Assembly: GCA_963713975.1 (NCBI GenBank)
Contig: OY970218.1
Span: 1,376,001 to 1,440,000 of the forward strand
Reading direction: 5' to 3'
DNA length: 64,000 bases
From: an uncultured Chloroflexia bacterium
GTDB taxonomy: Bacteria > Chloroflexota > Limnocylindria > Limnocylindrales > CSP1-4
Shown here: positions 1 through 10,291 of the stretch, in pieces
Position numbering within the stretch: position 1 is the stretch's first letter
How the letters are laid out: each line of letters opens with the position of its first letter
Position numbers and translations under genes: made by a program
Notes under the pieces: model-generated
What the model was told of the DNA's origin: nothing
What the model saw: only the letters and a program-made list of their open reading frames with translations
The model's database searches: none

Positions 1-1428
1 GTGGCGTCGCTCGCGGAGATCTATGCGATCTACCCCATCGCGGTCGAGGCCGGTCTGCGCCCACTCCTCGTGATGGCGGTCATTGGCATCGTGCTCACAT
101 TGGTCTGTGGAAGACTTGTCGGGCGCGATCGTGGCGCCGCGGTCGCCGCGCTCGGCGTCATCGGCCTGGTGGGCGCCTCGGCGATAGACCAGGCGCTGCT
201 CATCGCAGCGGCGGTCTGCATGATCCTCGTCGAGCGAGCGTGGGTTGCCCGAGGGACGATGCGCTTGCGCGTCCCCTGGAGACAGCTGACCGGGGCGCTC
301 GACATCCTACTTGTCGTGCTGGTCACGCTCCAGGTCGGACGGGCTGTCGTGTTGCGCGCTTCGGCCCCGATCGCGGTGGATGCCACGGGCTGGTCGATCG
401 CGCCGTCGGACACGTACCCCGACATCTTCGTGGTCCTCGCTGATGGCCATGGCCGTCGAGACGTGCTGGACGGCGGGTATGGATACGACATGGCGGGGAC
501 CGCGCGCATTCTTGTGTCCGCCGGGTTCGAAGAGGCGCCGCGAAGCACGTCCAACCACTCCAATACGCGACTTTCACTGCCGGTCCTGTTCAATGGCCGC
601 CCGCTGGAGGAACTCAATCCGGACGCGGACTGGGGGGGGGACGGGCAGCAGTTCGTTGGGCCCGGGAACAGCAGCACCGCGCAGCTCTTGGTGCGTGGCG
701 GGTACGAGGTGACGTTAATCGCACCCGGGTACGAGCACATCGGCATCCGCGGCGACGTCAACTACGTGGATGTTGGCCCGCGCAACGAGGTCGAGCAGGC
801 GGTCCTCAGCAGCACGACGCTCGGGCGCGTCCTGGACCAACTCACCGGAGGGTTCCTCGCCGCCACCCACGAGCGCGCGCTTCGAGAGGTAGTAGCGCTT
901 CGCACCATCGTGCGCGCGCCGGCCGACAGACCTCAGTTCGTGTACACCCACTTGCCTTCGCCGCACTGGCCGGTTGTATTCACCGGCAACTGCAGCTTTC
1001 GTGGTGGCGACGACTACAGCCTCGGCGCCGCCGCTAGGCATGATGCGGCCGGCGATGCGGTCAGCATCGGGCTCGTCGCGGAGCAGACACGTTGCGTCGA
1101 CAGCCTGATCGTCGCGGCGGTCGGGGACATCGTGGCCGCGCGGCCGGACGCCATCGTGTTGGTCCTGTCAGATCACGGGCCGGAGGAACGTATTGACTGG
1201 TGGCACCCATCGGAACCTGGGATCAGCGACAGGATGTCGAACCTCTTCTGGGCGCGAACGCCCGGGCGGGCCGGCGTGTTTCCGCCCGACGTGAGCCTCG
1301 TGAACGTATTCCCGCTCCTCTTCAACGCCTACTTCGGCACGGACTTGGCGCTGCACGGCAACCAGGGGTACTTGGGCCCGTCGAACGTCGTTGCGGAGCG
1401 GATCCCGTACAGCCAGGATGAGCAGTGA
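1..1428 (+). CDS. Membrane-anchored sulfatase/alkaline-phosphatase-superfamily protein (LTA-synthase/phosphoglycerol transferase-like); probably 5'-truncated by the window edge
   Basis: N-terminal TM helices, then PDIFVVLADGHGRRD, YTHLPSPHWP and VLSDHG motifs; paralog of 1604-3163. Confidence 0.7.
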   Translation: MASLAEIYAIYPIAVEAGLRPLLVMAVIGIVLTLVCGRLVGRDRGAAVAALGVIGLVGASAIDQALLIAAAVCMILVERAWVARGTMRLRVPWRQLTGALDILLVVLVTLQVGRAVVLRASAPIAVDATGWSIAPSDTYPDIFVVLADGHGRRDVLDGGYGYDMAGTARILVSAGFEEAPRSTSNHSNTRLSLPVLFNGRPLEELNPDADWGGDGQQFVGPGNSSTAQLLVRGGYEVTLIAPGYEHIGIRGDVNYVDVGPRNEVEQAVLSSTTLGRVLDQLTGGFLAATHERALREVVALRTIVRAPADRPQFVYTHLPSPHWPVVFTGNCSFRGGDDYSLGAAARHDAAGDAVSIGLVAEQTRCVDSLIVAAVGDIVAARPDAIVLVLSDHGPEERIDWWHPSEPGISDRMSNLFWARTPGRAGVFPPDVSLVNVFPLLFNAYFGTDLALHGNQGYLGPSNVVAERIPYSQDEQ

Positions 1429-1439
1429 CACTCCCTTGC

Positions 1440-1620
1440 CTATTCTTCGCGCGACGGCCTAGGCATGCCGGCCCCTTCCTCGAGGAAGGGCCCTTGGTCA
1501 ATGTCAACCCGATCATCGCCAACGCCTACGTCGGGACGGGCATCGAGCCCAATCCCGACGACATCCACCTCGCGCCCACCCGGAACGATCCGCACTTCGT
1601 GTCGTGTCAGCCCCCTTGCG
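1440..1620 (+). pseudogene. Relic C-terminus of a further sulfatase-like paralog
   Basis: ORF 1425-1655 reads LFFARRPRHAGPFLEEGPLVNVNPIIANAYVGTG...LAP...QPP, colinear with LFWARTPGSPGLFPRDVTLVNVLPLIANAYLGTD...LGP...QPP at the C-terminus of 1604-3163. Confidence 0.65.
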
Positions 1621-3163
1621 GGAGCAAGGCCACGACAGGGCCGGTTTCGGGTTGAGGACGTTGCCCAAGGCCGTCGGCGGGACTGGGGCGGTGGGTCGGA
1701 TTGCCACATGGCCCTGGTACCCGATGCTCATTGCCGGTTCGATCGTGCTGCTGCCGCTGGCTGATCTTCCGTTGCAGATTGCCGCAGGCGTGCGCCCGCT
1801 GCTCCTGACACTGGGCGTGGGCGCCCTCCTTACCGCAGTGTGGGTCAGGTTGCTCGGGCGAGGGCGCGGTGGTGCAGCCGCCGCGATCAGTCTCATGGCG
1901 CTCGTTGGGGCTTCGGGTGCACTGCAAGCGCTCCCGTTCGTCGCTGCCCTGGCGATCATCGCGATCGAGCGCGCGTGGACCGCCCGAGGCACGATGCGCC
2001 TTCGGATCCCATGGGGCCGCATCACCTCGGCTCTGAACCTCGTGCTCATCGTCTTCGTCGGGCTGCAGCTCGGGAGGGCCTTCCTGGTACGGCAGGAGAT
2101 GACGCCATTGCCCGTCCCGCCGGAGTGGACTGCGTCGGAGGACGCACCGAGACCGGACGTATTCCTGATCCTTGCCGATGGTCACGGCAGGCTCGATGTC
2201 CTGGCCGACCGGTATGGCTACAACGCGAGTGACTTCTCACTCGCGCTTGCTGAGGAAGGCTTCGTCGAGTCGCCCAACAGCTACGCCAATCACTCACTGA
2301 CGCGCTACTCGCTTAGCGTCCTTCTCAACGGGCGGCCGCTATCCGAACTCGGTCAGGACATGGCCGGGCCTGCCGACGAGGACGTGCCTTTTAGGGCGCT
2401 TCCACGGACCAGCGGCGTCTCCATGTTCGCGTCGGGGGGCTATGAGACCGTGGTGATATCGGCAGGGTTCGATCATCTCCCATTGCGGGAGGTCGACCGC
2501 TACGTGGACGTAGGGCCGCGCACTGAACTCGAGGAGGCCCTGTGGGGTACCTCGGCGATTGGCAAGGTGGTGGACGGCTTGACCGACGGCTTCGCCGTCG
2601 ACACACGGTCACGGATCCTGGCCGAGGTCCAGGAACTCAAGGACATCGTGCATCGGCGCAGCAGCCGGCCACAGTTCGTCCTGGCTCACCTTCCCTCCCC
2701 GCACTGGCCGATGGTGCTGAATGCAGACTGCTCTCTGCGGCCCAGCGATGGGTATACGTACGGCACGGTGGGCCGCGGGAATCGCACGGGCGATGCGAAG
2801 GCGGTGCAGATCGTGGCGGATCAGACTCGATGTGTAGACACCCTCCTCGTCCAGACCGTGAGGGAAATCGTGGAGGCACGACCCGACGCCGTCGTTGTGG
2901 TGTTCTCTGATCACGGACCGGAAGAACGGATTGACCTGACGGCGCCGGACGACGCTGGCATACGTGACAAGCTCGCCAATCTGTTCTGGGCGCGAACACC
3001 GGGAAGCCCCGGCCTGTTCCCCCGCGATGTCACGCTCGTGAACGTGCTGCCCCTGATCGCAAACGCCTACCTGGGCACGGATCTGCCGTTTCATGCCAAC
3101 GATGTGTTCCTCGGACCGACGCCTGCAAGTGACAAGTTCCTGCCGTATCAGCCTCCAGAGTGA
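1604..3163 (+). CDS. Membrane-anchored sulfatase/alkaline-phosphatase-superfamily protein; true start may be about 1661-1691
   Basis: TM N-terminus; PDVFLILADGHGRLD, AHLPSPHWP and FSDHG motifs. Confidence 0.7.
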   Translation: MSAPLREQGHDRAGFGLRTLPKAVGGTGAVGRIATWPWYPMLIAGSIVLLPLADLPLQIAAGVRPLLLTLGVGALLTAVWVRLLGRGRGGAAAAISLMALVGASGALQALPFVAALAIIAIERAWTARGTMRLRIPWGRITSALNLVLIVFVGLQLGRAFLVRQEMTPLPVPPEWTASEDAPRPDVFLILADGHGRLDVLADRYGYNASDFSLALAEEGFVESPNSYANHSLTRYSLSVLLNGRPLSELGQDMAGPADEDVPFRALPRTSGVSMFASGGYETVVISAGFDHLPLREVDRYVDVGPRTELEEALWGTSAIGKVVDGLTDGFAVDTRSRILAEVQELKDIVHRRSSRPQFVLAHLPSPHWPMVLNADCSLRPSDGYTYGTVGRGNRTGDAKAVQIVADQTRCVDTLLVQTVREIVEARPDAVVVVFSDHGPEERIDLTAPDDAGIRDKLANLFWARTPGSPGLFPRDVTLVNVLPLIANAYLGTDLPFHANDVFLGPTPASDKFLPYQPPE

Positions 3164-3241
3164 ACGGCGACTCCGGCGGCTGGCCTAGCCCTTCCAGTTG
3201 ACTGCGCAAGCTTTTCGTGCCACGGGTGTATCCTCGCGAGC

Positions 3242-4447
3242 GTGTCCCCCACGACCATGACCGGCGAGCCCCCCTGTCCGCCGGCCACCGGTGACACTGC
3301 GCCGGTGGCCCGCCCCGTCGCGCTCCGCGCGGTCCGCCGCCCGTTCGAGACCATCGATCCCGCGTCCTGGGATGCCCTCGCCGCCGCCAACCCCTGGGCC
3401 ACCCCCTTCTCGCACTGGGCCTTCCACCGCGCCTGGTGGGACGGGTACGGCGGCAACGCCCATGAGGAGACGGTCGTGCTGGTCCCGGCCGACGGCCCGG
3501 ACGACGCCGCGCCGATGGGCATCGCTCCGCTCATGCATCGCCACGAGGTGGAGCCGTCGGACGTGGTGTTGCACACGAACATCCGACACACGGACGGCGC
3601 CGAGCTCACCCCCGTCCCGCCGGACGCGAAGGCGGTCTTCTTCGGCGCCTCGTACCACGCGGACTACGCGACGCTGCTGGCGGCGCCCGAGAACCTGCCC
3701 GCGCTCGCGGAGGCCCTCGCCGCCTACTGCGGCACCGTGGGGGATCCGGAGCACCCCGACCGGTGGGACGCCGTTGACCTGCGACGCCTGCGCTGTGGCG
3801 ACCCGGCGGGCGGCGCGCTGGCGACAGCATTCGGTGCCCGCGAGATGGCCGAGGGCTGGACGCTCAACGTGGAGCGCGAGGATGTCTGCCCCGTGGCGGA
3901 GCTGCCGGCAGGCGGCACGATGGACGACTACTTCGCCGGCCTGGGCAAGAAGGAGCGCCACGAGATCCGGCGCAAGGTCCGCCGCGCCGAGGCCGTGGGC
4001 GAGGTCAGGCTCGACGACTCCACGGATCCGCTCGCGGACCTGTCCGCGTTCATCGACCTGCACCAGAAGCGCTGGGGCACCGAGGGCCTGTTCCCGGAGA
4101 CGGAGGGCGGCGACCACAGCCGCACCTTCTTCCGCCGCCTGTTCGAGCTGTTCGGGCCGGATGGGCCGCTGCACCTGGCATTCCTGACCGTGGGCGGTCG
4201 ACGGATCGCCGCGGGCGTCTCCTTCGAGACATCAGACGCGCTCCTGTACTACAACGCCGGGGTGGACCCGGAGGCGCGCGAGCTGTCGCCCGGCGTGGTG
4301 ATGGTGGAGCGCTACGTGCGACGCGCCCTGGAGCGGGGCATCGCGCGGATGGACTTCCTGCGCGGCAACGAGCCATACAAGTACGAGTGGGGCGCGGTGG
4401 ACCGGCCAATCCAGCGCCTGCTGGTCAGGCGAACTGGACAGCGATGA
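3242..4447 (+). CDS. GNAT-family acyltransferase (CelD/BcsL-like)
   Basis: TPFSHWAFHRAWW, ADYATLL, SPGVVM and MDFLRGNEPYKYEWG motifs; TATCCT 7 nt before the GTG. Confidence 0.8.
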   Translation: MSPTTMTGEPPCPPATGDTAPVARPVALRAVRRPFETIDPASWDALAAANPWATPFSHWAFHRAWWDGYGGNAHEETVVLVPADGPDDAAPMGIAPLMHRHEVEPSDVVLHTNIRHTDGAELTPVPPDAKAVFFGASYHADYATLLAAPENLPALAEALAAYCGTVGDPEHPDRWDAVDLRRLRCGDPAGGALATAFGAREMAEGWTLNVEREDVCPVAELPAGGTMDDYFAGLGKKERHEIRRKVRRAEAVGEVRLDDSTDPLADLSAFIDLHQKRWGTEGLFPETEGGDHSRTFFRRLFELFGPDGPLHLAFLTVGGRRIAAGVSFETSDALLYYNAGVDPEARELSPGVVMVERYVRRALERGIARMDFLRGNEPYKYEWGAVDRPIQRLLVRRTGQR

Positions 4448-5652
4448 CACCGCCGAACCGCGACGACCCCTGCGTGGCCCCGATGGTCCACCTGCCCGTG
4501 CCCGGCCCCAGTCGGGTGCGCGTCGTCCAGGTGATGGCCACCGGGACGAACGGCGGTGCTCAGGAGCACGTATTCGGGCTCGTCACCCGCCTGGACCCCG
4601 AGTACTACGACGTTTCAGTGGTCTCGCTGTCGCCCGGCAGCGCCGTCCGCAAGCTCCAGCACGCGGGGGTCGACGTGACCGTCATCGACGTCCCGGACGA
4701 CGTCATCGCGACTGCCACCCTGGCCGCCCACCTCGCCGATGTCCGCGCGGACGTGATCCACAACCACATGTACCGCGCCGAGGTCGTGGGCACCAAGGCG
4801 GCCATCGCGCTGGGTGAGGCCGGTCACCGCAGGCCGTGGGTGGTCTCCACGGTCCACTCCTCGCGCATCCGGCCGTCCGAGGACCAGGAGCTGCTCCGCG
4901 GCCTGACGCCGGAGATCGACCACCTTATCGTCGTGTCCCAGGCGATCGACGAGAAGGTGGCCCACGAGGGACGCGGCGGCGTGTCCCGCAGCCTCATCTA
5001 CAACGGCGTGGACCTGGAGCGATATGACCACCAGGAGGCCTGCTGCACGCTCCGCGAGGAGTACGGCATGGACGACGACGCGGAGATCGTGGGCGTCGTG
5101 GGCCGGCTGGAGCTGGAGAAGGGCCACCCGACGCTGCTGGAGGCATGGCCGCTGGTCCTGGAGCGGGTGCCCTGCGCCTACCTGCTGATCGTGGGCGAGG
5201 GGAGCCGCCAGGACGCGCTCCACGAGATCGTCCGCGAGCTGGGTGTTGAGCGCCACGTGGTGTTCACCGGCCGCCGGGACGACATCCCGGCCGTCACCGC
5301 CGCCTTCGACGTGGCCGTGCTGCCGTCCTACCGGGAGGCCCAGGGCCTGACGATCCTCGAGGCGATGGCGCTGTCGCGCCCGGTGGTCGCCTCCAACGTG
5401 GGTGGGATCCCGGAGATGATCGAGGACGGCCGCAACGGTCTCCTGGTCCCCCCGCATGATCCGCAGGCCCTGGCCGATTCGATCGTGCGCCTGCTCACGA
5501 ACCACCAGCTGGCGGACATGATCGGCCGCGCGGGCCACACCACCGTCCACGACCGCTTCTGCATCCAGCTCATGGTCAACGCGGTCCAGGAGCTCTACGA
5601 CGAGGGAGCGCGGTTGGTGCGGCCGCGCGAGGTGTCCGTCAGCGCCGGCTGA
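4444..5652 (+). CDS. Glycosyltransferase family 4
   Basis: GGAQEH, IYNGVD, VGRLELEKGH and EAQGLTILEAMA motifs; ATGA overlap with the upstream stop. Confidence 0.9.
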   Translation: MTPPNRDDPCVAPMVHLPVPGPSRVRVVQVMATGTNGGAQEHVFGLVTRLDPEYYDVSVVSLSPGSAVRKLQHAGVDVTVIDVPDDVIATATLAAHLADVRADVIHNHMYRAEVVGTKAAIALGEAGHRRPWVVSTVHSSRIRPSEDQELLRGLTPEIDHLIVVSQAIDEKVAHEGRGGVSRSLIYNGVDLERYDHQEACCTLREEYGMDDDAEIVGVVGRLELEKGHPTLLEAWPLVLERVPCAYLLIVGEGSRQDALHEIVRELGVERHVVFTGRRDDIPAVTAAFDVAVLPSYREAQGLTILEAMALSRPVVASNVGGIPEMIEDGRNGLLVPPHDPQALADSIVRLLTNHQLADMIGRAGHTTVHDRFCIQLMVNAVQELYDEGARLVRPREVSVSAG

Positions 5653-5699
5653 CGTTCGGACCATGCCGGGAGGGCGTCCCGACACGTAGCATCGCGGGG

Positions 5700-7079
5700 A
5701 TGCGGCTCACCTTCGACCGGCTCTGGATCTGGATCGCGATCGCCCTGCCGGCGCTCGTGGCATTGATCGTGCCTTTGCCCGCAGTGGATCTCGCCTACCA
5801 GGTTCGCGCCGGGAACGAGATCATGGCCTCGGGGGCGCTGCCAATTGCCGACACGTGGACGTTCACCGTGTGGGGCACGTCGTGGGTGGACCAGCAGTGG
5901 CTGGCACAGGTCAAGCTGGCGGCGGGCTACGCCATCGGCGGGTGGGAGCTGCTGGCGGTGCTGCGGGCGGGGCTGGTCGCCTTCATCACGGGCGTGCTCG
6001 TCGCGACGGCCCGGGAACGTGGAGCGAGCCCGCGGATGTCGGCGATCCTCGTCCTCGCGGCATTCGCCCTGGCTGCCCCGGCGCTGGCGCTCCGGCCCCA
6101 GCTGTTCGGGCTGGCGCTCTTCGCCTTCCTGTTGTGGCTGGTTGCCGTCCGGACCCGGCGGGCGCGGCTGTACCTCCTGGCGCCCCTCGTCGTCCTGCTT
6201 TGGGCGAACCTGCACGGGAGCTTCGTGCTGGGTCCAGTGATCCTGGGCTACGCCTGGCTGAGCGATGTCGCGGCGAAGAGGCAGGCGCGGGCCTCGTTCG
6301 GGGTCCTGGTCGCGGGGACGCTCGCGACCCTCGTCAACCCATACCTCGCCGGAGCCTGGCTGTACGCCGTGACCATCGGCGTCAACCCGGCCATCGCGGG
6401 CCAGGTCAGTGAGTGGCAGCGGACCCTCCCGCTCGCCATGCCTGGGCTGCTGTTCTATCCGTCCGTGCTCGTCACCGCGGTGCTGATGTTCCGCCGACGG
6501 GGCCTCGTGCGGTGGCCGGACTGGGTGCTCCTCGTCGCGATGGCTCTCATGGGTGCGTGGGCGGTCCGGGGCGTCGCGTGGTGGGCGTTCGTGATGGTCT
6601 TCCTGCTCGCGGGCGTTCTGACGAGCGAGCGCCGCGCCCGCGAGCCGCGGGCCAGCGTAGCCAACGGGCTGCTCGCGTTAGGCCTGGGGGTCGCCATCGT
6701 CATCGCGCTCCCGTGGTGGCGGCCGGCAGACCAGCTGACCGGTCGGGCTGGGCTGCTCTCATTCGCGCCGAGCGGCCTCGCTGCGAAGGTCGCCGAGCTG
6801 GCGGCCCCCGGCACCCGGGTCGTGGTGCCGCAGACCTGGGGCTCCTGGTTCGAGTGGGCGGCACCGGATCAGGCGTATTTCATCGACTCCCGGTTCGAGC
6901 TGTTTCCGGTGGGCGTGTGGGAGGACTATGCGGTGCTACAGGGTCCGAGAGCCGGCGATGTGCTGGACCGTTGGGGGGCGGACATGATTGTCGTTCCGAC
7001 AGGCGAGTCGATCCCGGTTGGCCCGTGGGACCGCGTGTGGGCTGACCCCGACGGGACGATCCTTGTCCGCGCCCGCTGA
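5700..7079 (+). CDS. Polytopic membrane protein, probable GT-C-fold glycosyltransferase
   Basis: DLAYQVRAG, DTWTFT..WVDQQWLAQ, LRPQ, WANLHGSF, VSEW and FIDSRFELF motifs; many TM helices. Confidence 0.65.
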   Translation: MRLTFDRLWIWIAIALPALVALIVPLPAVDLAYQVRAGNEIMASGALPIADTWTFTVWGTSWVDQQWLAQVKLAAGYAIGGWELLAVLRAGLVAFITGVLVATARERGASPRMSAILVLAAFALAAPALALRPQLFGLALFAFLLWLVAVRTRRARLYLLAPLVVLLWANLHGSFVLGPVILGYAWLSDVAAKRQARASFGVLVAGTLATLVNPYLAGAWLYAVTIGVNPAIAGQVSEWQRTLPLAMPGLLFYPSVLVTAVLMFRRRGLVRWPDWVLLVAMALMGAWAVRGVAWWAFVMVFLLAGVLTSERRAREPRASVANGLLALGLGVAIVIALPWWRPADQLTGRAGLLSFAPSGLAAKVAELAAPGTRVVVPQTWGSWFEWAAPDQAYFIDSRFELFPVGVWEDYAVLQGPRAGDVLDRWGADMIVVPTGESIPVGPWDRVWADPDGTILVRAR

Positions 7080-7151
7080 CCGAACGGCGCAAGGCCGCTG
7101 GTACCTTCGAGGAGGCCACCAGGCGCCGCAGGCGTTGCTAAGGTGCACCGC

Positions 7152-8384
7152 ATGACGGACAGTGCTGCCTCCCGCCCCGGAGCCACGACCCCCGCCCCGC
7201 TGGATGTCGTAGTCCTCGGAGGGGCGGGGCACGTCGGCCTTCCCCTGAGCCTCGCCCTGGTCGATGCCGGCCTGCACGTCGGCATCTTCGACATCGATGG
7301 TGCCGCCCTGGATAGGATCGCGGCGGGCCAGATGCCCTTCATGGAGAACGGCGCGGACGAACTCCTTCCCCGCGTCTTGGCCACCGGTCGCCTCGAGATG
7401 GCCACGTCGGCTGCGATCATGGCCCGCGCGGACGCCGTGGTCCTGGTGATCGGTACGCCCGTCGACGAGTTCCTGGGTCCATCCATGCGCGTGTTCGAGC
7501 GGGCGGTGGACCAGATCGCGCCGCACGTCAGCGATGGCGCGCTTGTCGTCCTGCGCAGCACCGTGTATCCCGGCACGACGGAGTACGTCAGCGCCGCCTT
7601 CGGGGACCGTGGCCTGCGGGTGGATGTCGCGTTCTGCCCGGAGCGGATCGCGGAGGGCCATGCGCTCGAGGAGCTGCTGTCGTTGCCTCAGATCATCGGC
7701 GCCGATGAGGGCAGGGCTGGCGACCGCGCCGAGGCGCTGTTCCACCATCTCACCTCGACCACGATCCGCACGAGCACGAAGGAAGCCGAGCTCACGAAGC
7801 TGTTCACCAACACCTGGCGCTACATGAAGTTCGCCGTCGCCAACCAGTTCTTCGCCATCGCGGACCAGGCGGGCGTGGACTACGCGAACGTGCTTCGCGC
7901 GATCCGCGAGGACTACCCTCGCGCTGCGGACCTGCCCGGCCCCGGGTTTGCGGCCGGGCCCTGTCTGTTCAAGGACACGATGCAGCTGGCAGCGTTCACG
8001 TCGGACCACTTCCCGATGGGTCAGGCGGCCATGCAGATCAACGAGGGCATGCCCGCCTACATTGTCTCGGCGCTGGAGCGCAGGCACGGCAGCCTCCGGG
8101 GCCGGACGATCGGGATCCTTGGCATGGCCTTCAAGGCGGAGTCGGACGACATCCGTGCGTCTTTGTCGTTCAAGCTCCGCAAGCTCCTGGAATGGGCTGG
8201 TGCGAAGGTGCTGTGCGCCGACCCCTACGTGGATGACGAACGCCTCTCGCCGCTGGACGTCGTCCTCGAGCACAGCGAGACGCTTGTCATCGGCGCGCCG
8301 CACCGCGCCTACCGTTCCCTGGACCTTGCCGGCCGCGAGGTCGTGGACATCTGGAACGCGACCGGTGGAGGGATCCGGCTCTAG
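7152..8384 (+). CDS. UDP-glucose/GDP-mannose dehydrogenase family (WecC-like) nucleotide-sugar dehydrogenase
   Basis: GGAGHVG, RSTVYPGTT, CPERIAEG, GPCLFKD and GMAFKAESDD motifs; TAAGGT 7 nt before ATG 7152. Confidence 0.88.
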   Translation: MTDSAASRPGATTPAPLDVVVLGGAGHVGLPLSLALVDAGLHVGIFDIDGAALDRIAAGQMPFMENGADELLPRVLATGRLEMATSAAIMARADAVVLVIGTPVDEFLGPSMRVFERAVDQIAPHVSDGALVVLRSTVYPGTTEYVSAAFGDRGLRVDVAFCPERIAEGHALEELLSLPQIIGADEGRAGDRAEALFHHLTSTTIRTSTKEAELTKLFTNTWRYMKFAVANQFFAIADQAGVDYANVLRAIREDYPRAADLPGPGFAAGPCLFKDTMQLAAFTSDHFPMGQAAMQINEGMPAYIVSALERRHGSLRGRTIGILGMAFKAESDDIRASLSFKLRKLLEWAGAKVLCADPYVDDERLSPLDVVLEHSETLVIGAPHRAYRSLDLAGREVVDIWNATGGGIRL

Positions 8385-8386
8385 CC

Positions 8387-9409
8387 ATGAAGGTCCTGGT
8401 CACCGGCGCCGCCGGGTTCATCAACGGCTACCTGGTGGAGGAGCTGCTCGCGGCCGGCCACGAGGTGGTAGGCATCGACAACTTCAGCAAGTACGGCCGC
8501 GTGGCCAAGAGCTACGACGGCCATCCCCGCTACCGGTTCGTCGAGGGTGATGCCAAGGACGTGACGCTGCTCACGGAACTGGCGGCGGACGTGGACCAGG
8601 TCGTGGCCGCGGCCGCGATGATCGGCGGGATCAGCTACTTCCACGAGTTCGCATTCGACCTGCTGGCCGAGAACGAGCGGATCCTGGCGTCAACCTTCGA
8701 GGCGGCGATCGCGGCACACAAGTCCGGGCACCTGGAGCGGATCGTCGTCCTGTCGAGCTCCATGGTCTTCGAGAGCACGGACCAGTTCCCCACGCCGGAG
8801 GGCGCAGAGCGCACCTCGCCGCCGCCGATCTCCACCTACGGCTTCCAGAAACTCGCCTCGGAGTACTTCGCCCGGGGCGCGTGGGAGCAGTACCAGCTGC
8901 CGTACACGATTCTGCGCCCGTTCAACTGCGTGGGCATCGGCGAGCGGCGTGCCCTGCGCGACACGGACGTCATGAGCGGCAACGTGAAGCTCGCGTTGTC
9001 CCACGTCGTTCCGGACCTTGTGCTCAAGGTGCTCAAGGGCCAGGACCCGCTCCACATCCTGGGCGAGGGCAACCAGGTCCGCCACTACACCTACGGTGGC
9101 GACCTGGCGCACGGGATCCGGCTCGCAATTGAGTCGCCGACGGCGGTCAACGAGGACTTCAACCTCTCCACGGCGGCGTCTACCACCGTGCTCGAACTGG
9201 CTGAGGTGATCTGGGCCAAGATCAACGGCCCGGACCGGCCGTTCCGCTACGTCACGGACCCGCCGTTCGACCACGATGTCCAGCTGCGCGTTCCCGACGT
9301 CCACAAGGCCCGCGACGTCCTGGGCTACGAGGCCACGACGACCCTGTCCGAGATGCTCGACGAGGTGATCCCCTGGATCGGGGCCGAGGTGGAGGCCGGG
9401 CGGCTGTGA
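8387..9409 (+). CDS. NAD-dependent nucleotide-sugar epimerase/dehydratase (extended SDR)
   Basis: TGAAGFING, SSSMVF, YGFQK (YxxxK) and RPFN motifs. Confidence 0.9.
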   Translation: MKVLVTGAAGFINGYLVEELLAAGHEVVGIDNFSKYGRVAKSYDGHPRYRFVEGDAKDVTLLTELAADVDQVVAAAAMIGGISYFHEFAFDLLAENERILASTFEAAIAAHKSGHLERIVVLSSSMVFESTDQFPTPEGAERTSPPPISTYGFQKLASEYFARGAWEQYQLPYTILRPFNCVGIGERRALRDTDVMSGNVKLALSHVVPDLVLKVLKGQDPLHILGEGNQVRHYTYGGDLAHGIRLAIESPTAVNEDFNLSTAASTTVLELAEVIWAKINGPDRPFRYVTDPPFDHDVQLRVPDVHKARDVLGYEATTTLSEMLDEVIPWIGAEVEAGRL

Positions 9410-10140
9410 CCGGGGCCGGGGAATCCGCGCCGCCCGTCCCGGAGCTCTCGGTCGTCGTCCCCGTGTTCAAGGAGGGCGAAGCCGTCGCTCCCGTCCTTCG
9501 CGACCTGACGGCGGCGATCACCACGACCCACGAGATCTTGGTCGTATACGACTTCGACGAGGATCCGACCGTTCCGGTCATCGAGCGGCTCCACGAGGAC
9601 CTGCCGGCGATCCGCGGCCACCGCAACGACATCGGCCGCGGCGTCCTCAACGCGATGAAGGCCGGGATCGCATCATCCCGTGGCGACTACGTCCTGATCT
9701 CCATGTCGGACGGCTCGGACGAGCCGCACGTCGTCGATGCCATGGTGGCCCTCGCCCGTGAAGGTGCGGACGTGGTGGCCGCCTCGCGCTACATGAAGGG
9801 CGGGTGTCAGTTGGGCGGCCCGCCGCTCAAGCGTTTCATGTCGCGGACCGCCGGCCTCACGCTCCATTGGTTCGGCGGCGTCGCCACCCACGATCCCACG
9901 AACAACTTCAAGCTCTACTCACGGCGTCTCCTGGAAGCGACACCCATCGAGAGCCAGGCGGGCTTCGAGCTGGCCCTGGAGCTCACGGTCAAGGCCACCC
10001 TCGCCGGCCGCCGCGTCGCCGAGGTGCCCACGACCTGGCGCGACCGGACCGAGGGCCAGAGCAACTTCAAGCTCCGCAAGTGGCTGCCCTTTTACCTGCA
10101 CTGGTATTGGCTGGCGATGCGAGGCCGGAGGGGTTTGTAG
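9406..10140 (+). CDS. GT2 polyprenol-phosphate glycosyltransferase (DPM1/ArnC-like)
   Basis: SVVVPVFKE, MSDGSD, ASRY and EVPTTWRDRTEGQS motifs; about 244 aa. Confidence 0.85.
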   Translation: MTGAGESAPPVPELSVVVPVFKEGEAVAPVLRDLTAAITTTHEILVVYDFDEDPTVPVIERLHEDLPAIRGHRNDIGRGVLNAMKAGIASSRGDYVLISMSDGSDEPHVVDAMVALAREGADVVAASRYMKGGCQLGGPPLKRFMSRTAGLTLHWFGGVATHDPTNNFKLYSRRLLEATPIESQAGFELALELTVKATLAGRRVAEVPTTWRDRTEGQSNFKLRKWLPFYLHWYWLAMRGRRGL

Positions 10141-10291
10141 CTCCTCGGGATGCCGGTCCCGCGATGGAACGGTGACACCAGCAATCGTCGGAAGTGCGGC
10201 TCTTGGGTCCCTCGGGCGGCGGTCCCGGTCGCGACGCGGAGCGAAGATGCCACCCGGCGTTCGGGCGTGCCGGCGCATGTACGCGCTCGCC